DNA of 64,000 bases, from NCBI GenBank assembly GCA_964529025.1, contig CAZGUZ010000003.1, positions 22,368-86,367 on the forward strand, written 5' to 3'. Shown in pieces: positions 28,752 to 38,012 of this stretch (the stretch's first letter is position 1; each line of letters begins with the position of its first letter). The translations under genes and the position numbers were made by a program. Under the pieces are notes generated by a model. It made no database searches and was not told the origin of the DNA. It was given only the letters and a program-made list of their open reading frames with translations. This DNA comes from an uncultured Candidatus Saccharibacteria bacterium. Lineage in GTDB: Bacteria; Patescibacteriota; Minisyncoccia; Phycocordibacterales; PALSA-1337.

Positions 28752-29861
28752 TTGAGCCTTAATTTCATGGATTTTAATTTCAAACAATTTCGAAAAGTTT
28801 CTGCTAAAATTTTAACCTTGTTACTACGAGGTTCAATTGTCTGTGCCCTCTTTGGATCACCCATTGCAGCTCATGCAGGGGTGTTTTCATTTGTAGAAAA
28901 CATACTTGTCGGAGATTCAGTTACACAAGCAAGTGCATATCAAGTTCCCGTGCCTGAAGGGGTGAATACTCAGAACATGAGTCTTTTAAAAGCAGCGGCA
29001 CACTTCGATCCTAACCCCACTAAGGGAAAGACATCACCTACTATTGTTTCAAACACCGCCCTACTTGCTTTTGTGGGTCCAACAGGGACAATTGCCGACA
29101 TTGAAGGTATCGAGTCGCACCACATTCATGTGTACGAGGTTCAAGAGGGAGACACTTTGAATGAAGTGGCCGCAATGTTTGATGTTTCGGTCGAAACAGT
29201 TGCTTGGACAAATAATCTTAGGGTAACGAGTCAGCTCCGCGAAGGTCAAAACCTTGTTATTTTGCCGGTATCAGGAATTTTGCATACGGTTTCAAAAGGT
29301 GAGACTTTGTCAGGGTTGGCAGAAAAGTTTGATGTTTCAGTTGATGATCTTGTTGCATATAATGCCGAAATAAGCCCAGATTCTGAACTTATGATTGGCG
29401 ATGAGCTTATTATTCCAGAGAAAGCTGATGAAGAATCTTCTGTTGACCTGCAGAATGAAACACCAAAGAAATCACCATCAGGAGCCCTCATTGCAAGCTC
29501 TAAAGTTCCTGAATACTACGGATATTATATTCGCCCCGTTGTTGATGGTGTAAGAACTCAAGGTCTCCACGGCTACAATGCGGTTGATTTGGCTAGTAAA
29601 GAAGGAACCCAAATTCTTGCTGCTGCTGCCGGAAAGGTTCTTATTGCAGCATCATCAGGCTGGAACTATGGTTACGGAAACTATGTAGTAATATCGCACG
29701 ATAATGGAACTCAAACCCTGTATGCTCATTTGAATAAGGTATACGTTTCACCTGGTGACACTGTAGAACAGTCAGAAACTATCGGTACTATGGGTTCAAC
29801 AGGGCGATCTACAGGTCCTCATGTGCATTTTGAAATACGTGGTGCAAAAAACCCGTTTTAA
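28752..29861 (+). CDS. Secreted LysM-domain M23 peptidoglycan endopeptidase
   Basis: Signal peptide, two LysM repeats (DTLNEVAAMFDVSVETVAWTNNL; GETLSGLAEKFDVSVDDLVAYN) and a C-terminal M23 HxxxD...HxH region (YAHLNKV...GPHVHFEIR). Confidence 0.85.
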   Translation: MSLNFMDFNFKQFRKVSAKILTLLLRGSIVCALFGSPIAAHAGVFSFVENILVGDSVTQASAYQVPVPEGVNTQNMSLLKAAAHFDPNPTKGKTSPTIVSNTALLAFVGPTGTIADIEGIESHHIHVYEVQEGDTLNEVAAMFDVSVETVAWTNNLRVTSQLREGQNLVILPVSGILHTVSKGETLSGLAEKFDVSVDDLVAYNAEISPDSELMIGDELIIPEKADEESSVDLQNETPKKSPSGALIASSKVPEYYGYYIRPVVDGVRTQGLHGYNAVDLASKEGTQILAAAAGKVLIAASSGWNYGYGNYVVISHDNGTQTLYAHLNKVYVSPGDTVEQSETIGTMGSTGRSTGPHVHFEIRGAKNPF

Positions 29862-31373
29862 TTAGCTATCGCGCGGAAGCGATGTTCTATAGCTCAAAGC
29901 TTCAATTACGTGGTTGCGCAAAACTTTTGTGCTTTGATCAATATCTGCAATAGTTCGAGCCACACACATAAGGTTGCGTGTAATTCTATGTGAAACATTT
30001 ATTTTTTGTGTGTATGAAACAAAGATTTGTTGAGCTTGTGTATCAAATTCAAGTAAACTTATGGTCGGCTGCCGTAGATAACCATTAGAAACTCGAAATC
30101 CAAATACTTTGAAATTTCTATCAAGCATGTATTGCTGTGCCTCGTAAGCAGATTTCTGAGAATATGTTGTATGTGAAGGTGCTTTCAGTCGCTCGACATT
30201 TTTGGCGTAGGTATCTACTCGGCAGCAAATACTAAAGCGTTCAAAAAGTGGTTCAGAAATCTTTTGTATATGTTTAGAGCGAGTACTCGGTAAACAAGAG
30301 CATGATTTAATCTGAGAGCCAAAGTAACCACAAGCACACGGGTTCATTGTGGCAATTACATAACACTGCGTTATGTCGGTACGAGCAATACCGTGACGCG
30401 TTATATGTACCCAACCTTCTTCAAGTGGTTCACGCAAAGCCTCGAGGCACTTTTTATCAAATTCCCCAAGCTCATTGAGAATCAATATGCCTTTATATGC
30501 CTTACTTAATTCTCCGGGGAGCTTTCCACCAATGAGCGAAGCCGCACCAATACTATGGTGGGGTCGCCGTATGCGGGTAGTATCTTTTTTTGCATTACTG
30601 CCATGTTCTTGTATGCAAGAAAATATCAGCTCTTCTTGTTGTGTTAATGGGGGTAGTAATTGTGCAGTTGCGTCAGCGAGTAGTGTTTTACCTGAACCTG
30701 GCGGCCCAAATAAAATTGTGTGGTGTTGCCCAATTAATCCAATAAAAAGGGCGCGTTTAACTTTTTCATGATGAATAATATCCTTAAATACGCACTCATT
30801 ACGGAGTGGCGCTTTTGGCTCATCGACCGTACTTTTGGTAAAAACGATTTTACCTGAAATTTTATTAATACATTCACCGAGATGAGTAACAGAGAGTGTG
30901 GCGAATCCAAATTTTTCAAAGATAGAGGCTGACTCCGGGTGGCAGACAATAGAGTATTCAGAAAACTGAGAATATTGAGTGAGGGTTTTTCCGCACGTAT
31001 AGGGTTGCTCAATGGGCAGGATAGTTCCATCAAGGTTAATTTCACCAAGAAAAATAAAATTATGAGTAGAAGGCTTGATTTGCCGAGATGCACATAAAAA
31101 AGCATATGCTATACCGAGGTCATAGTGCGAACCCTCTTTTTTGAGAGTGCTTGGTGACAACAATACCGTGGTCTTCATGTTGGAATGCCGGGGCGAAGTA
31201 AGGCCACATGCTTGTATTGCTGCACCAACCCTTTCGCGAGCCTCATTGAGTGATGTGTCACCAAGTCCAGCAATAGTAAAAGAGTAAAGGCCGGGTCGAG
31301 TGTCTACCTCAATGGTTACGATTGAGCCATGAGGGTAATCGGGCTGAATAGAATGTGTGCGGGCGTATCCCAT
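29862..31373 (-). CDS. comM: YifB/ComM-family Mg-chelatase-like AAA+ ATPase
   Basis: N-terminal Lon-protease-like domain, Walker A GPPGSGKTLLA and Mg-chelatase ChlI motifs; 503 aa. Confidence 0.85.
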   Translation of the reverse strand: MGYARTHSIQPDYPHGSIVTIEVDTRPGLYSFTIAGLGDTSLNEARERVGAAIQACGLTSPRHSNMKTTVLLSPSTLKKEGSHYDLGIAYAFLCASRQIKPSTHNFIFLGEINLDGTILPIEQPYTCGKTLTQYSQFSEYSIVCHPESASIFEKFGFATLSVTHLGECINKISGKIVFTKSTVDEPKAPLRNECVFKDIIHHEKVKRALFIGLIGQHHTILFGPPGSGKTLLADATAQLLPPLTQQEELIFSCIQEHGSNAKKDTTRIRRPHHSIGAASLIGGKLPGELSKAYKGILILNELGEFDKKCLEALREPLEEGWVHITRHGIARTDITQCYVIATMNPCACGYFGSQIKSCSCLPSTRSKHIQKISEPLFERFSICCRVDTYAKNVERLKAPSHTTYSQKSAYEAQQYMLDRNFKVFGFRVSNGYLRQPTISLLEFDTQAQQIFVSYTQKINVSHRITRNLMCVARTIADIDQSTKVLRNHVIEALSYRTSLPRDS

Positions 31374-31456
31374 GGGTAAAGTCTACCCACTAAACATAAA
31401 ATAAAAATAAAAAGCGATTCAATAATCGTTTAATATTTTGAGAACAAATTTATAAT

Positions 31457-31813
31457 TTACTTTACAATTGCTGTTCGAGCAGAAGGATTAGCCTCAAGTC
31501 GAGCCCTATCAATTGGTTTACCCGTATTCTCGCAGATTCCGTAAGTACCCTTTTCAATTTTCTCAAGAGCATTTTCAACATCTTTGAGTTGAACTTGAAG
31601 CTGTTCGGTTACAACCTCATTTTCATCAAGCTCTTCCATAAGATCGGCTACTTCGTTTTCATCGGCATTATCTACTTCCATTCCCCCTGTTGTTGCTTGC
31701 CAATCTGAAGGATTGTCAGGATTTTGTCGAGCAATGCCCGAAAGTTCTTCTTGTAGGAGCGCTTTTTCTTTAAGAAGCTTTTCTTTAAAGAAAGCTAGGT
31801 CTTTTTCATTCAT
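31457..31813 (-). CDS. DksA/TraR-family protein (degenerate zinc finger)
   Basis: Coiled-coil N-terminus and a C-terminal YGICENTGKPIDRARLEANPSARTAIV resembling the DksA C4 region, with only one Cys retained. Confidence 0.55.
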   Translation of the reverse strand: MNEKDLAFFKEKLLKEKALLQEELSGIARQNPDNPSDWQATTGGMEVDNADENEVADLMEELDENEVVTEQLQVQLKDVENALEKIEKGTYGICENTGKPIDRARLEANPSARTAIVK

Positions 31814-31840
31814 ATTGGTTATAGCTATTACTCTTTAATG

Positions 31841-33103
31841 TTATCGCGTATATACCGTATTGTCGAGCGTTTCGAGCACTCTTTGAAGCGCCGTCTCATT
31901 CTGAGTAATAATTATTGTGTCATTGTCAATAAAAGTATAGATGAGGATAGGGTTTTCGCCGGTTCTGGCAAGCACTCTAACATCAAGATTTTTGTACACT
32001 TTATCACTGAAAGAAGGTAGTGCTCTAAAGAGTACTGGATTTGCAACCTGCAATGGAACAACCGGGGCAACAACAGTAGTTGCGGCCGTTGTCGTCGCCA
32101 GCTTTGTTGTTGTGGCTGTCGTACTGCGCGTACTTGTTGCGTTGCTGGTACTAGTTGCAGCACGTGTACTTGTAGTTGTTGAACTTGTAGAGGTTGTAGC
32201 TGGTGGCAGGTTTGTATTTCGTGGAATTTGAGCCGGAGCTGATCCTTCAAAAAAAGATCCAATATCGCGGTACATAGTTCTTTCCCAAGCTAACATTCCC
32301 GCATATGCATTTTGGAAAAAATTATTTTTAAGAATAATTACAGGGCTATTTTTTTGATTAACCGTGGTGTATCCAATAAAATATTGTGGTAATAAGTTTC
32401 TCACAACATTTTCGGGTATATCAAGCTCGAGACTTACAAGGAGTTCTTTGATGGGAATTCGTGTTAAGGTTTCATTTTGTCCACGAGTAGGTATTATTTC
32501 TACAATTTTTGTTGTTTGGGGTGCACTTTGTACGGTCGAGACCAGAGTAGGTCGTAATTGTCCGGCTGAAATCGAATTAGTAGCAAAAGAACGCTGCTCA
32601 GCATTTGGTAGGATACTTGCAAACTTAAATGTAGTTGTTTGTGTAGATTGTATAACTTTATTACTCTCAAGAAACTTTGACCCATACATATAAAGTACAT
32701 AGCCCCCTCCACCAAGAAGAGCAAAAACAAGTACTACCTTAAGAATTGTGCCCAAGATATTTGTCGAACGATTTACTTGTTGCGTTGCGCTCTCACCTTG
32801 CCCTGTTACTGTTTGTCCAACGAAGTTAGGTTGCTTTTCTGTCTGGCCAGTTGGGTTAGTTGGCTTTTCTACACGATTCTCTGCTTGTTTTTTTACCGTC
32901 TCAGCAATTGCAATAGTTGCAACAGAAGTTTTCTTGCGCTTAAGGCTTTCAGCCATATCGAGTTCGTATGTTCGCAGAGCCTTCTGAAACATAAAAGGAT
33001 CTACAGATTTTTGCTGTAGTCCAGGATTAGTCCCACCAGCCATACCCGATGGAATTTGATTATTTACGCTGTTTTGCAGATCGTTGTTCATGCTTTTGAT
33101 CAA
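31841..33103 (-). CDS. Bitopic membrane protein with Thr/Ser-rich extracellular region, hypothetical
   Basis: A central TM (ILGTILKVVLVFALLGGGGYVLYMY) and a roughly 40-aa T/S low-complexity segment; overlaps the pnp 3' end by 44 nt. Confidence 0.45.
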   Translation of the reverse strand: MIKSMNNDLQNSVNNQIPSGMAGGTNPGLQQKSVDPFMFQKALRTYELDMAESLKRKKTSVATIAIAETVKKQAENRVEKPTNPTGQTEKQPNFVGQTVTGQGESATQQVNRSTNILGTILKVVLVFALLGGGGYVLYMYGSKFLESNKVIQSTQTTTFKFASILPNAEQRSFATNSISAGQLRPTLVSTVQSAPQTTKIVEIIPTRGQNETLTRIPIKELLVSLELDIPENVVRNLLPQYFIGYTTVNQKNSPVIILKNNFFQNAYAGMLAWERTMYRDIGSFFEGSAPAQIPRNTNLPPATTSTSSTTTSTRAATSTSNATSTRSTTATTTKLATTTAATTVVAPVVPLQVANPVLFRALPSFSDKVYKNLDVRVLARTGENPILIYTFIDNDTIIITQNETALQRVLETLDNTVYTR

Positions 33104-35198
33104 AGAACTCAGGGTGAACTGCTTTTATAGATAGGTTAAGACGCTTTCGCACATCGATCTCTTTAATTATAACAGGTACTCGGTCGCCAACACTCACATA
33201 GTCGGAGATAGAGTCAATTTGAAATGGTGCAATTTCTGACACATGTACCAAACCTTCTGTTTTTGGATCAAGCCGTACGAACATGCCAAAAGTTGTGATT
33301 TTTGTAACCTCACCTTCAAGACTATCGCCAACTGCAAAAACTCGAGTCATCTCTTTAACAGTTTCAAGAGCTTTTTCTGTTGTACCGCTCTTTCCTGTGA
33401 TAAACACTTTTCCGTCGTCGTCGATATCAATAGAAAGACAGCCAGTATCAGCAATTATTTTTTTAATAGTTTTTCCGCTAGGGCCAATGAGTAAGCCAAT
33501 TTTATCTTGTGGAATTGTCGTTGTAACAATGTGTGGAGCGTGCTCGGATACAGTTTTTCTTGGAGAACCAATTGCTTTTGACATTGTTCCAAGTATTGAC
33601 TCACGGGCCGAACGAGCGCGCTCTAGGGCTTCTTTAAGAATAGAAACACTAATACCCGACACTTTAATATCAAGTTGAATAGCAGTGATTCCCTTCTCTG
33701 TTCCGGCAACCTTAAAATCCATGTCACCGTAATGATCCTCTGGACCTTGAATATCTGTTAAAAGTTCGTACGAATCACCTTGCATAACTAGACCAATAGA
33801 AATTCCTGCAACTGGGGCCGCAATCGGAACGCCACCATCCATAAGTGCAAGTGTTGATCCGCAGACAGAAGCCATTGATGTAGAACCATTCGAAGAAAGT
33901 GCTTCAGAAACTACGCGAATAGTATAAGGAAAGATTGTTTGTGACGGCAAAACTGGCAAAAGCGCTTTTTCAGCAAGGGCACCATGACCAACCATGCGAC
34001 GGTTAATTCCACCAACTCGGCCTGTGCTTCCCGTAGAAAATGGCGGAAAGTTGTAGTGGTGCATATAGCGCTTTTCTGCAGAAAGCTCTATTTCGTCAAT
34101 TATCTGAGACTCTTTCGGTCCACCAAGAGTTAATACAGAGAGGATGTGGGTTTTTCCTCGGTAAAAAGTTCCAGTACCATGAAGTACAGGCGAAATGCCA
34201 CCAACTGATGCAAAGATGGGGCGTATTTCATCAAGTCTTCTGCCATCAACACGTCGTTTATGGTTGAGTGCTTGGTCTGTAATAAACTCTTCAAGTTTCT
34301 TCTCTATAAAATTACTTGAAATTGTTGGATGGGGCGTTTCATCAAGATCATCGATAGCGTCCGTCCACAACGATCGAATAGTACTGAGGGCCTCATCCCC
34401 TTCTTGTGTTGTAAGGAGGGTTTTCTCGAGTGATGGAGCTATTTTTTGACCCCACAACGTTTCGAGCTCTTCTGGAATTGCAATTTTTTCTGTTTCAGCC
34501 TTTTCTATACCAACTTTCTTTATGATGCCTACTTGGAATTTATTGAGAGCATTAATTTCTTTTTGTGCAGATTCAAGGGCTGAAGCAACAACATCCTCGG
34601 CAATTTGATTACCTGCAAATTCAATCATTGAAATACGATCTTGGATTCCGCATGCCAAAATCTCAAAGTTTGGTGCTGTCTCTTTTTGTTCAGTGATAAG
34701 GGGGTTAACAATAAGCTTATTCTTGCCGTCAAAATTACTGAGTCTCACAGCCGAAACAGGCCCATTCCATGGAATTTTCGAAGTACCTAAAGCTAAAGAG
34801 GCTCCAAGAACAGCCAAATAATCAGGATCAGTATTGCCAAGAGCAAGTACCGTAATAATTACCTGCACCTCATTGCGGAGGTTTGAATCAAACAATGGCC
34901 TAATGGTGCGATCTATAATTCTTCCCGAAAGAATTGCACCTTCAGATGGTCTACCCTCGCGGCGAATATAGCGACTACCAAGTAATTGGCCCGATGCATA
35001 AAACTTTTCTTCGTATTCAACACTGAGAGGCACAAAATCTATCCCTTCTTTTATAGACTCAGACATGACTGCAGTAGCAAGTACTACAGTATTTTCGCAT
35101 TTAATTAAACAAGAGCCATGAGCTTGTTCGGCAAGATCGGTAAACTGAACGGTAATTTCTTTGCCTCCAAGGGTAGTAGAGAATTCTTGAAGTTTCAT
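33060..35198 (-). CDS. pnp: Polynucleotide phosphorylase
   Basis: Two RNase PH domains plus KH (LIGPSGKTIKKI) and S1 C-terminal domains; 712 aa. Confidence 0.95.
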   Translation of the reverse strand: MKLQEFSTTLGGKEITVQFTDLAEQAHGSCLIKCENTVVLATAVMSESIKEGIDFVPLSVEYEEKFYASGQLLGSRYIRREGRPSEGAILSGRIIDRTIRPLFDSNLRNEVQVIITVLALGNTDPDYLAVLGASLALGTSKIPWNGPVSAVRLSNFDGKNKLIVNPLITEQKETAPNFEILACGIQDRISMIEFAGNQIAEDVVASALESAQKEINALNKFQVGIIKKVGIEKAETEKIAIPEELETLWGQKIAPSLEKTLLTTQEGDEALSTIRSLWTDAIDDLDETPHPTISSNFIEKKLEEFITDQALNHKRRVDGRRLDEIRPIFASVGGISPVLHGTGTFYRGKTHILSVLTLGGPKESQIIDEIELSAEKRYMHHYNFPPFSTGSTGRVGGINRRMVGHGALAEKALLPVLPSQTIFPYTIRVVSEALSSNGSTSMASVCGSTLALMDGGVPIAAPVAGISIGLVMQGDSYELLTDIQGPEDHYGDMDFKVAGTEKGITAIQLDIKVSGISVSILKEALERARSARESILGTMSKAIGSPRKTVSEHAPHIVTTTIPQDKIGLLIGPSGKTIKKIIADTGCLSIDIDDDGKVFITGKSGTTEKALETVKEMTRVFAVGDSLEGEVTKITTFGMFVRLDPKTEGLVHVSEIAPFQIDSISDYVSVGDRVPVIIKEIDVRKRLNLSIKAVHPEFFDQKHEQRSAKQRK

Positions 35199-35299
35199 AC
35201 ATATAGTTTACCACCTTGCGAGTGCTTTTTTGTACAAGTTTCCCCCAGAATAGCAAAATATTCTACGTAATTAGAGCACGATATTGTGAGAACCGTATG

Positions 35300-35848
35300 C
35301 TACTGTCGGTCTTGGTGTGAATGTCCACCTCGGCGCATTTTATTGCGAATGAGATAAGGATTGATATTGTCATCAAGATTCATAAAGTCATCAGCGGATT
35401 CAATGAGTTTGCTTGAGGTTGATTTCCCGAATGAAACAACTTCTACTTGGCAGCCTTCATTGGTTCTAAGGTATTCTACAAGTGGAATAAAATCACCATC
35501 TCCTGTTAAAAGAATTACAGCGTCGAGCTTTGGGGCTAGCTTAATTGCATCTACTGCCATACCAACATCCCAATCAGCCTTTTTATTGCCTCCTGCAAAG
35601 ATTTGCAAATCTTTTGTTTTAGTCTCAATGCCCATTTTTGTAAGAGCGTCAAAAAATGCTTTTTCATCACCTGCTTCGGTGGTGATTACGTAGGCTACGG
35701 CTCGAATAAGGTTGCGGTCTGCTACTGCATCTTTAACGATCTGTCCAAAATTTACCTTTGCGTGATAAAGGTTTTTTGCACTATGATACAGATTTTGTGC
35801 ATCAATAAATACACCAACACGCTGGTTTCTATGTTTAATAATTGCCAT
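35300..35848 (-). CDS. NYN/LabA-like (DUF88) PIN-fold protein
   Basis: VGVFIDAQNLYHSA and LLTGDGDFIPLV match NYN-domain acidic-residue positions; inserted between rpsO and pnp. Confidence 0.7.
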   Translation of the reverse strand: MAIIKHRNQRVGVFIDAQNLYHSAKNLYHAKVNFGQIVKDAVADRNLIRAVAYVITTEAGDEKAFFDALTKMGIETKTKDLQIFAGGNKKADWDVGMAVDAIKLAPKLDAVILLTGDGDFIPLVEYLRTNEGCQVEVVSFGKSTSSKLIESADDFMNLDDNINPYLIRNKMRRGGHSHQDRQ

Positions 35849-35993
35849 ATAATAAATTTATATAAAAATACGAACGTTATAAAAAACTCAACAAACTAAC
35901 GATAAAGCTCACAGTAAACAAATAATAAGAACTAAAACTGTTAATATAAAAACAGACTCACTCTATATACATAATAAGTATACACCATATTAA

Positions 35994-36018
35994 ACAAAAA
36001 ACCGCTGAGCGGTCTTTT
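35994..36018. terminator. Hairpin ACCGC-TGAG-CGGT with flanking A/T runs downstream of rpsO (minus strand)
   Basis: Read directly from the sequence; lies in the classical rpsO-pnp intercistronic position. Confidence 0.5.
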
Positions 36019-36025
36019 GATGAAA

Positions 36026-36292
36026 CTACTTCTTGAGCTCGAGTTTCTTTGCAATAGCTGCGAATCGCTTTGGATTCTTCTTCTTAAGGTAGTTAAGGTG
36101 AGTTTGACGGTCTGCCACCATTGCTAGAAGGCCACGTCGTGAGTGATTATCCTTCTTGTGCTTTTTAAGGTGAGACGCCAATTCATCAATCTTCTTTGTA
36201 AGAAGTGAAACCTGAACCTCAGGAGAACCTGTGTCCGTATCATGAATCGCTGCTGTCTTTATGATTTTTTGCTTCTGCTTTGTCGTTAGCAT
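36026..36292 (-). CDS. rpsO: 30S ribosomal protein S15
   Basis: GSPEVQVSLLTKKI...HLKKHKKDNHSRRGLL is the S15 signature. The start is placed at the internal MLTTKQ ATG (89 aa); the ORF track's 105-aa version has a non-conserved 16-aa leader. Confidence 0.9.
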   Translation of the reverse strand: MLTTKQKQKIIKTAAIHDTDTGSPEVQVSLLTKKIDELASHLKKHKKDNHSRRGLLAMVADRQTHLNYLKKKNPKRFAAIAKKLELKK

Positions 36293-36368
36293 GTTGGCAC
36301 TACAATAGCACATATGTTTTTTATTTGCAACTAAATTCCCCAACTGAACCTAATGGTATACTAATACT

Positions 36369-37382
36369 ATGTCGCACAATCTAGAGGCACTCAAAAGACA
36401 GTTTCTTGAATATGTAGAAATTGAAAAGGGGCGCAGCCTCAGTACAGTTATGAATTATGAGCACTATTTATCACGTTTTATCGACTTTTCAGGGGCAAAA
36501 AACGTAGAAGATATAACAGATTCAGGTATACGAGAGTACCGTTTATGGCTCAACCGCCAAGAAGCAAGGACATTGCGTACTGGAATCAAAGAAACACTTA
36601 AGCGACGCACTCAAAACTATTATCTTATTGCTTTGCGTTCTTTTCTTAAGTATTTGGCTCGCCAAGGCATAAAAGCTGTGCCTCCAGAGCGCATTGAGCT
36701 CGCAAAAGTGCCCGAACGCTCGCTTGATCTGATTTCTAACGAAGATCTTGAAGCTTTGATGAAAGCGCCAGGAACATCAACATTGAAAGGATTACGCGAT
36801 ACTGCCCTTTTAGAGCTATTATTCTCAACGGGTTTGCGCGTATCTGAGCTTTGTGGCCTACATAGAGATATAAATTTGTCACGCGATGAATTCCCTGTTC
36901 GAGGAAAAGGCGAAAAAGTTCGAGTAGTCTTTCTTTCTGATGCAGCAAAGAGGTCAGTAAGGCTGTATTTAGATGCTCGAAAAGATATGGACGATGCTCT
37001 GTTTGTGCAATTGCCCGTACATGAAAGAAGAAAGAATAGTAATGGGGCAAAGAATGGAGTAAAGAGTGGAGCAAAGACACAAAAATCTTCAGTAAAATCA
37101 CGGAATTCGGGATCAATGCGACTTACTCCACGGTCCGTCGAAAGAATAATCAAATTTTATGCAATTAAAGCCGGAATATCAAAAAAAGTGACGCCTCACG
37201 TTATTCGTCACTCTTTTGCTACTGATTTATTGAGAAATGGCGCAGATATTCGCTCAGTACAAATGCTTTTGGGCCATGCAAATATCGGAACCACACAGAT
37301 TTATACCCATATTACTGACAGCGAACTCCGAAATGTTCACAAGAAGTTTCACAGTAAGAGCCGAGAAAATAACTCAAAATAG
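36369..37382 (+). CDS. Tyrosine recombinase XerC/XerD-like with a roughly 45-aa Lys/Ser-rich insertion
   Basis: Catalytic R...HxxR...Y set (RHSFATDLL, LLGHANIGTTQIYTHI) and the insertion KNSNGAKNGVKSGAKTQKSSVKSRNSGS. Confidence 0.85.
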   Translation: MSHNLEALKRQFLEYVEIEKGRSLSTVMNYEHYLSRFIDFSGAKNVEDITDSGIREYRLWLNRQEARTLRTGIKETLKRRTQNYYLIALRSFLKYLARQGIKAVPPERIELAKVPERSLDLISNEDLEALMKAPGTSTLKGLRDTALLELLFSTGLRVSELCGLHRDINLSRDEFPVRGKGEKVRVVFLSDAAKRSVRLYLDARKDMDDALFVQLPVHERRKNSNGAKNGVKSGAKTQKSSVKSRNSGSMRLTPRSVERIIKFYAIKAGISKKVTPHVIRHSFATDLLRNGADIRSVQMLLGHANIGTTQIYTHITDSELRNVHKKFHSKSRENNSK

Positions 37383-37982
37383 CTATTTGTTGAGAGCGAT
37401 TTGCTGCAAATCCCCTGTTATACCCGTTACATCACCTTCAATTCCTGTTGCATTACCAGTAGCACCGCTTGCATCCCCTTCAAGATTGGTTACATTCCCA
37501 AAAATATTGGTAACATCACCTTTAAGATTTGTAATATTTCCCTCTATGTGAGAAACATCTCCCTTAAGGTTTGAAATATCACCAATTAAATCACTCACAT
37601 CGCCCCGAACGTTCGTAACGTCGCCACGAAGTGTGGTTACATTTCCTGAAATATTGGTAACTTCGCCGCGAATTCCACTTAAATCACCCGAAAGATCACT
37701 AATGTCACCAGCAACAAAAGTCGTATCGCCTCTTACGTGAGTCACTTCCCCGCTAATATTCGATACATCGCCCGAAAGGCCAGAAATATCACCCTTTATT
37801 TTTGTGGCATCACCCCGAATTTTGTGAATTGTAATATCGCCATAAATATTTGAAACATCACCAACGAGATCACTAAAATCACCCCAAACTTCGGGATGAA
37901 GGCCCGTCACCTTTTCTGTATTAATCTGTCTGCGCGTAGTTGTGTGGTGGATCATACGTTTAAATATATTAGAAGTATACAA
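37383..37982 (-). CDS. Protein built from about 22 tandem heptapeptide repeats G-D-[VI]-[ST]-[ND]-[IL]-x, hypothetical
   Basis: The translation shows near-perfect 7-aa periodicity (GDVSNIS GEVTHVR GDTTFVA GDISDLS ...) on a 21-nt DNA periodicity. Its stop abuts the xerC stop (convergent). Confidence 0.55.
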   Translation of the reverse strand: MYTSNIFKRMIHHTTTRRQINTEKVTGLHPEVWGDFSDLVGDVSNIYGDITIHKIRGDATKIKGDISGLSGDVSNISGEVTHVRGDTTFVAGDISDLSGDLSGIRGEVTNISGNVTTLRGDVTNVRGDVSDLIGDISNLKGDVSHIEGNITNLKGDVTNIFGNVTNLEGDASGATGNATGIEGDVTGITGDLQQIALNK

Positions 37983-38012
37983 GGACTTCGTAAGATGTGC
38001 TATGATGCCAGC

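Noticed and set aside
28640-28864. 74-aa minus-strand ORF in the pcrA / LysM-peptidase intergenic region
   Set aside because: It overlaps the signal-peptide coding start of the LysM/M23 gene on the opposite strand and has no SD or conservation cues.
36620-37153. 177-aa and 126-aa minus-strand ORFs inside xerC
   Set aside because: They are antisense to a well-supported recombinase and have low-complexity translations.
37896-38012. Upstream 39-codon extension of xth
   Set aside because: It is not homologous to ExoIII. The conserved MKIISWNVNGLRA start is at 38013. The extension overlaps the end of the convergent repeat-protein gene.
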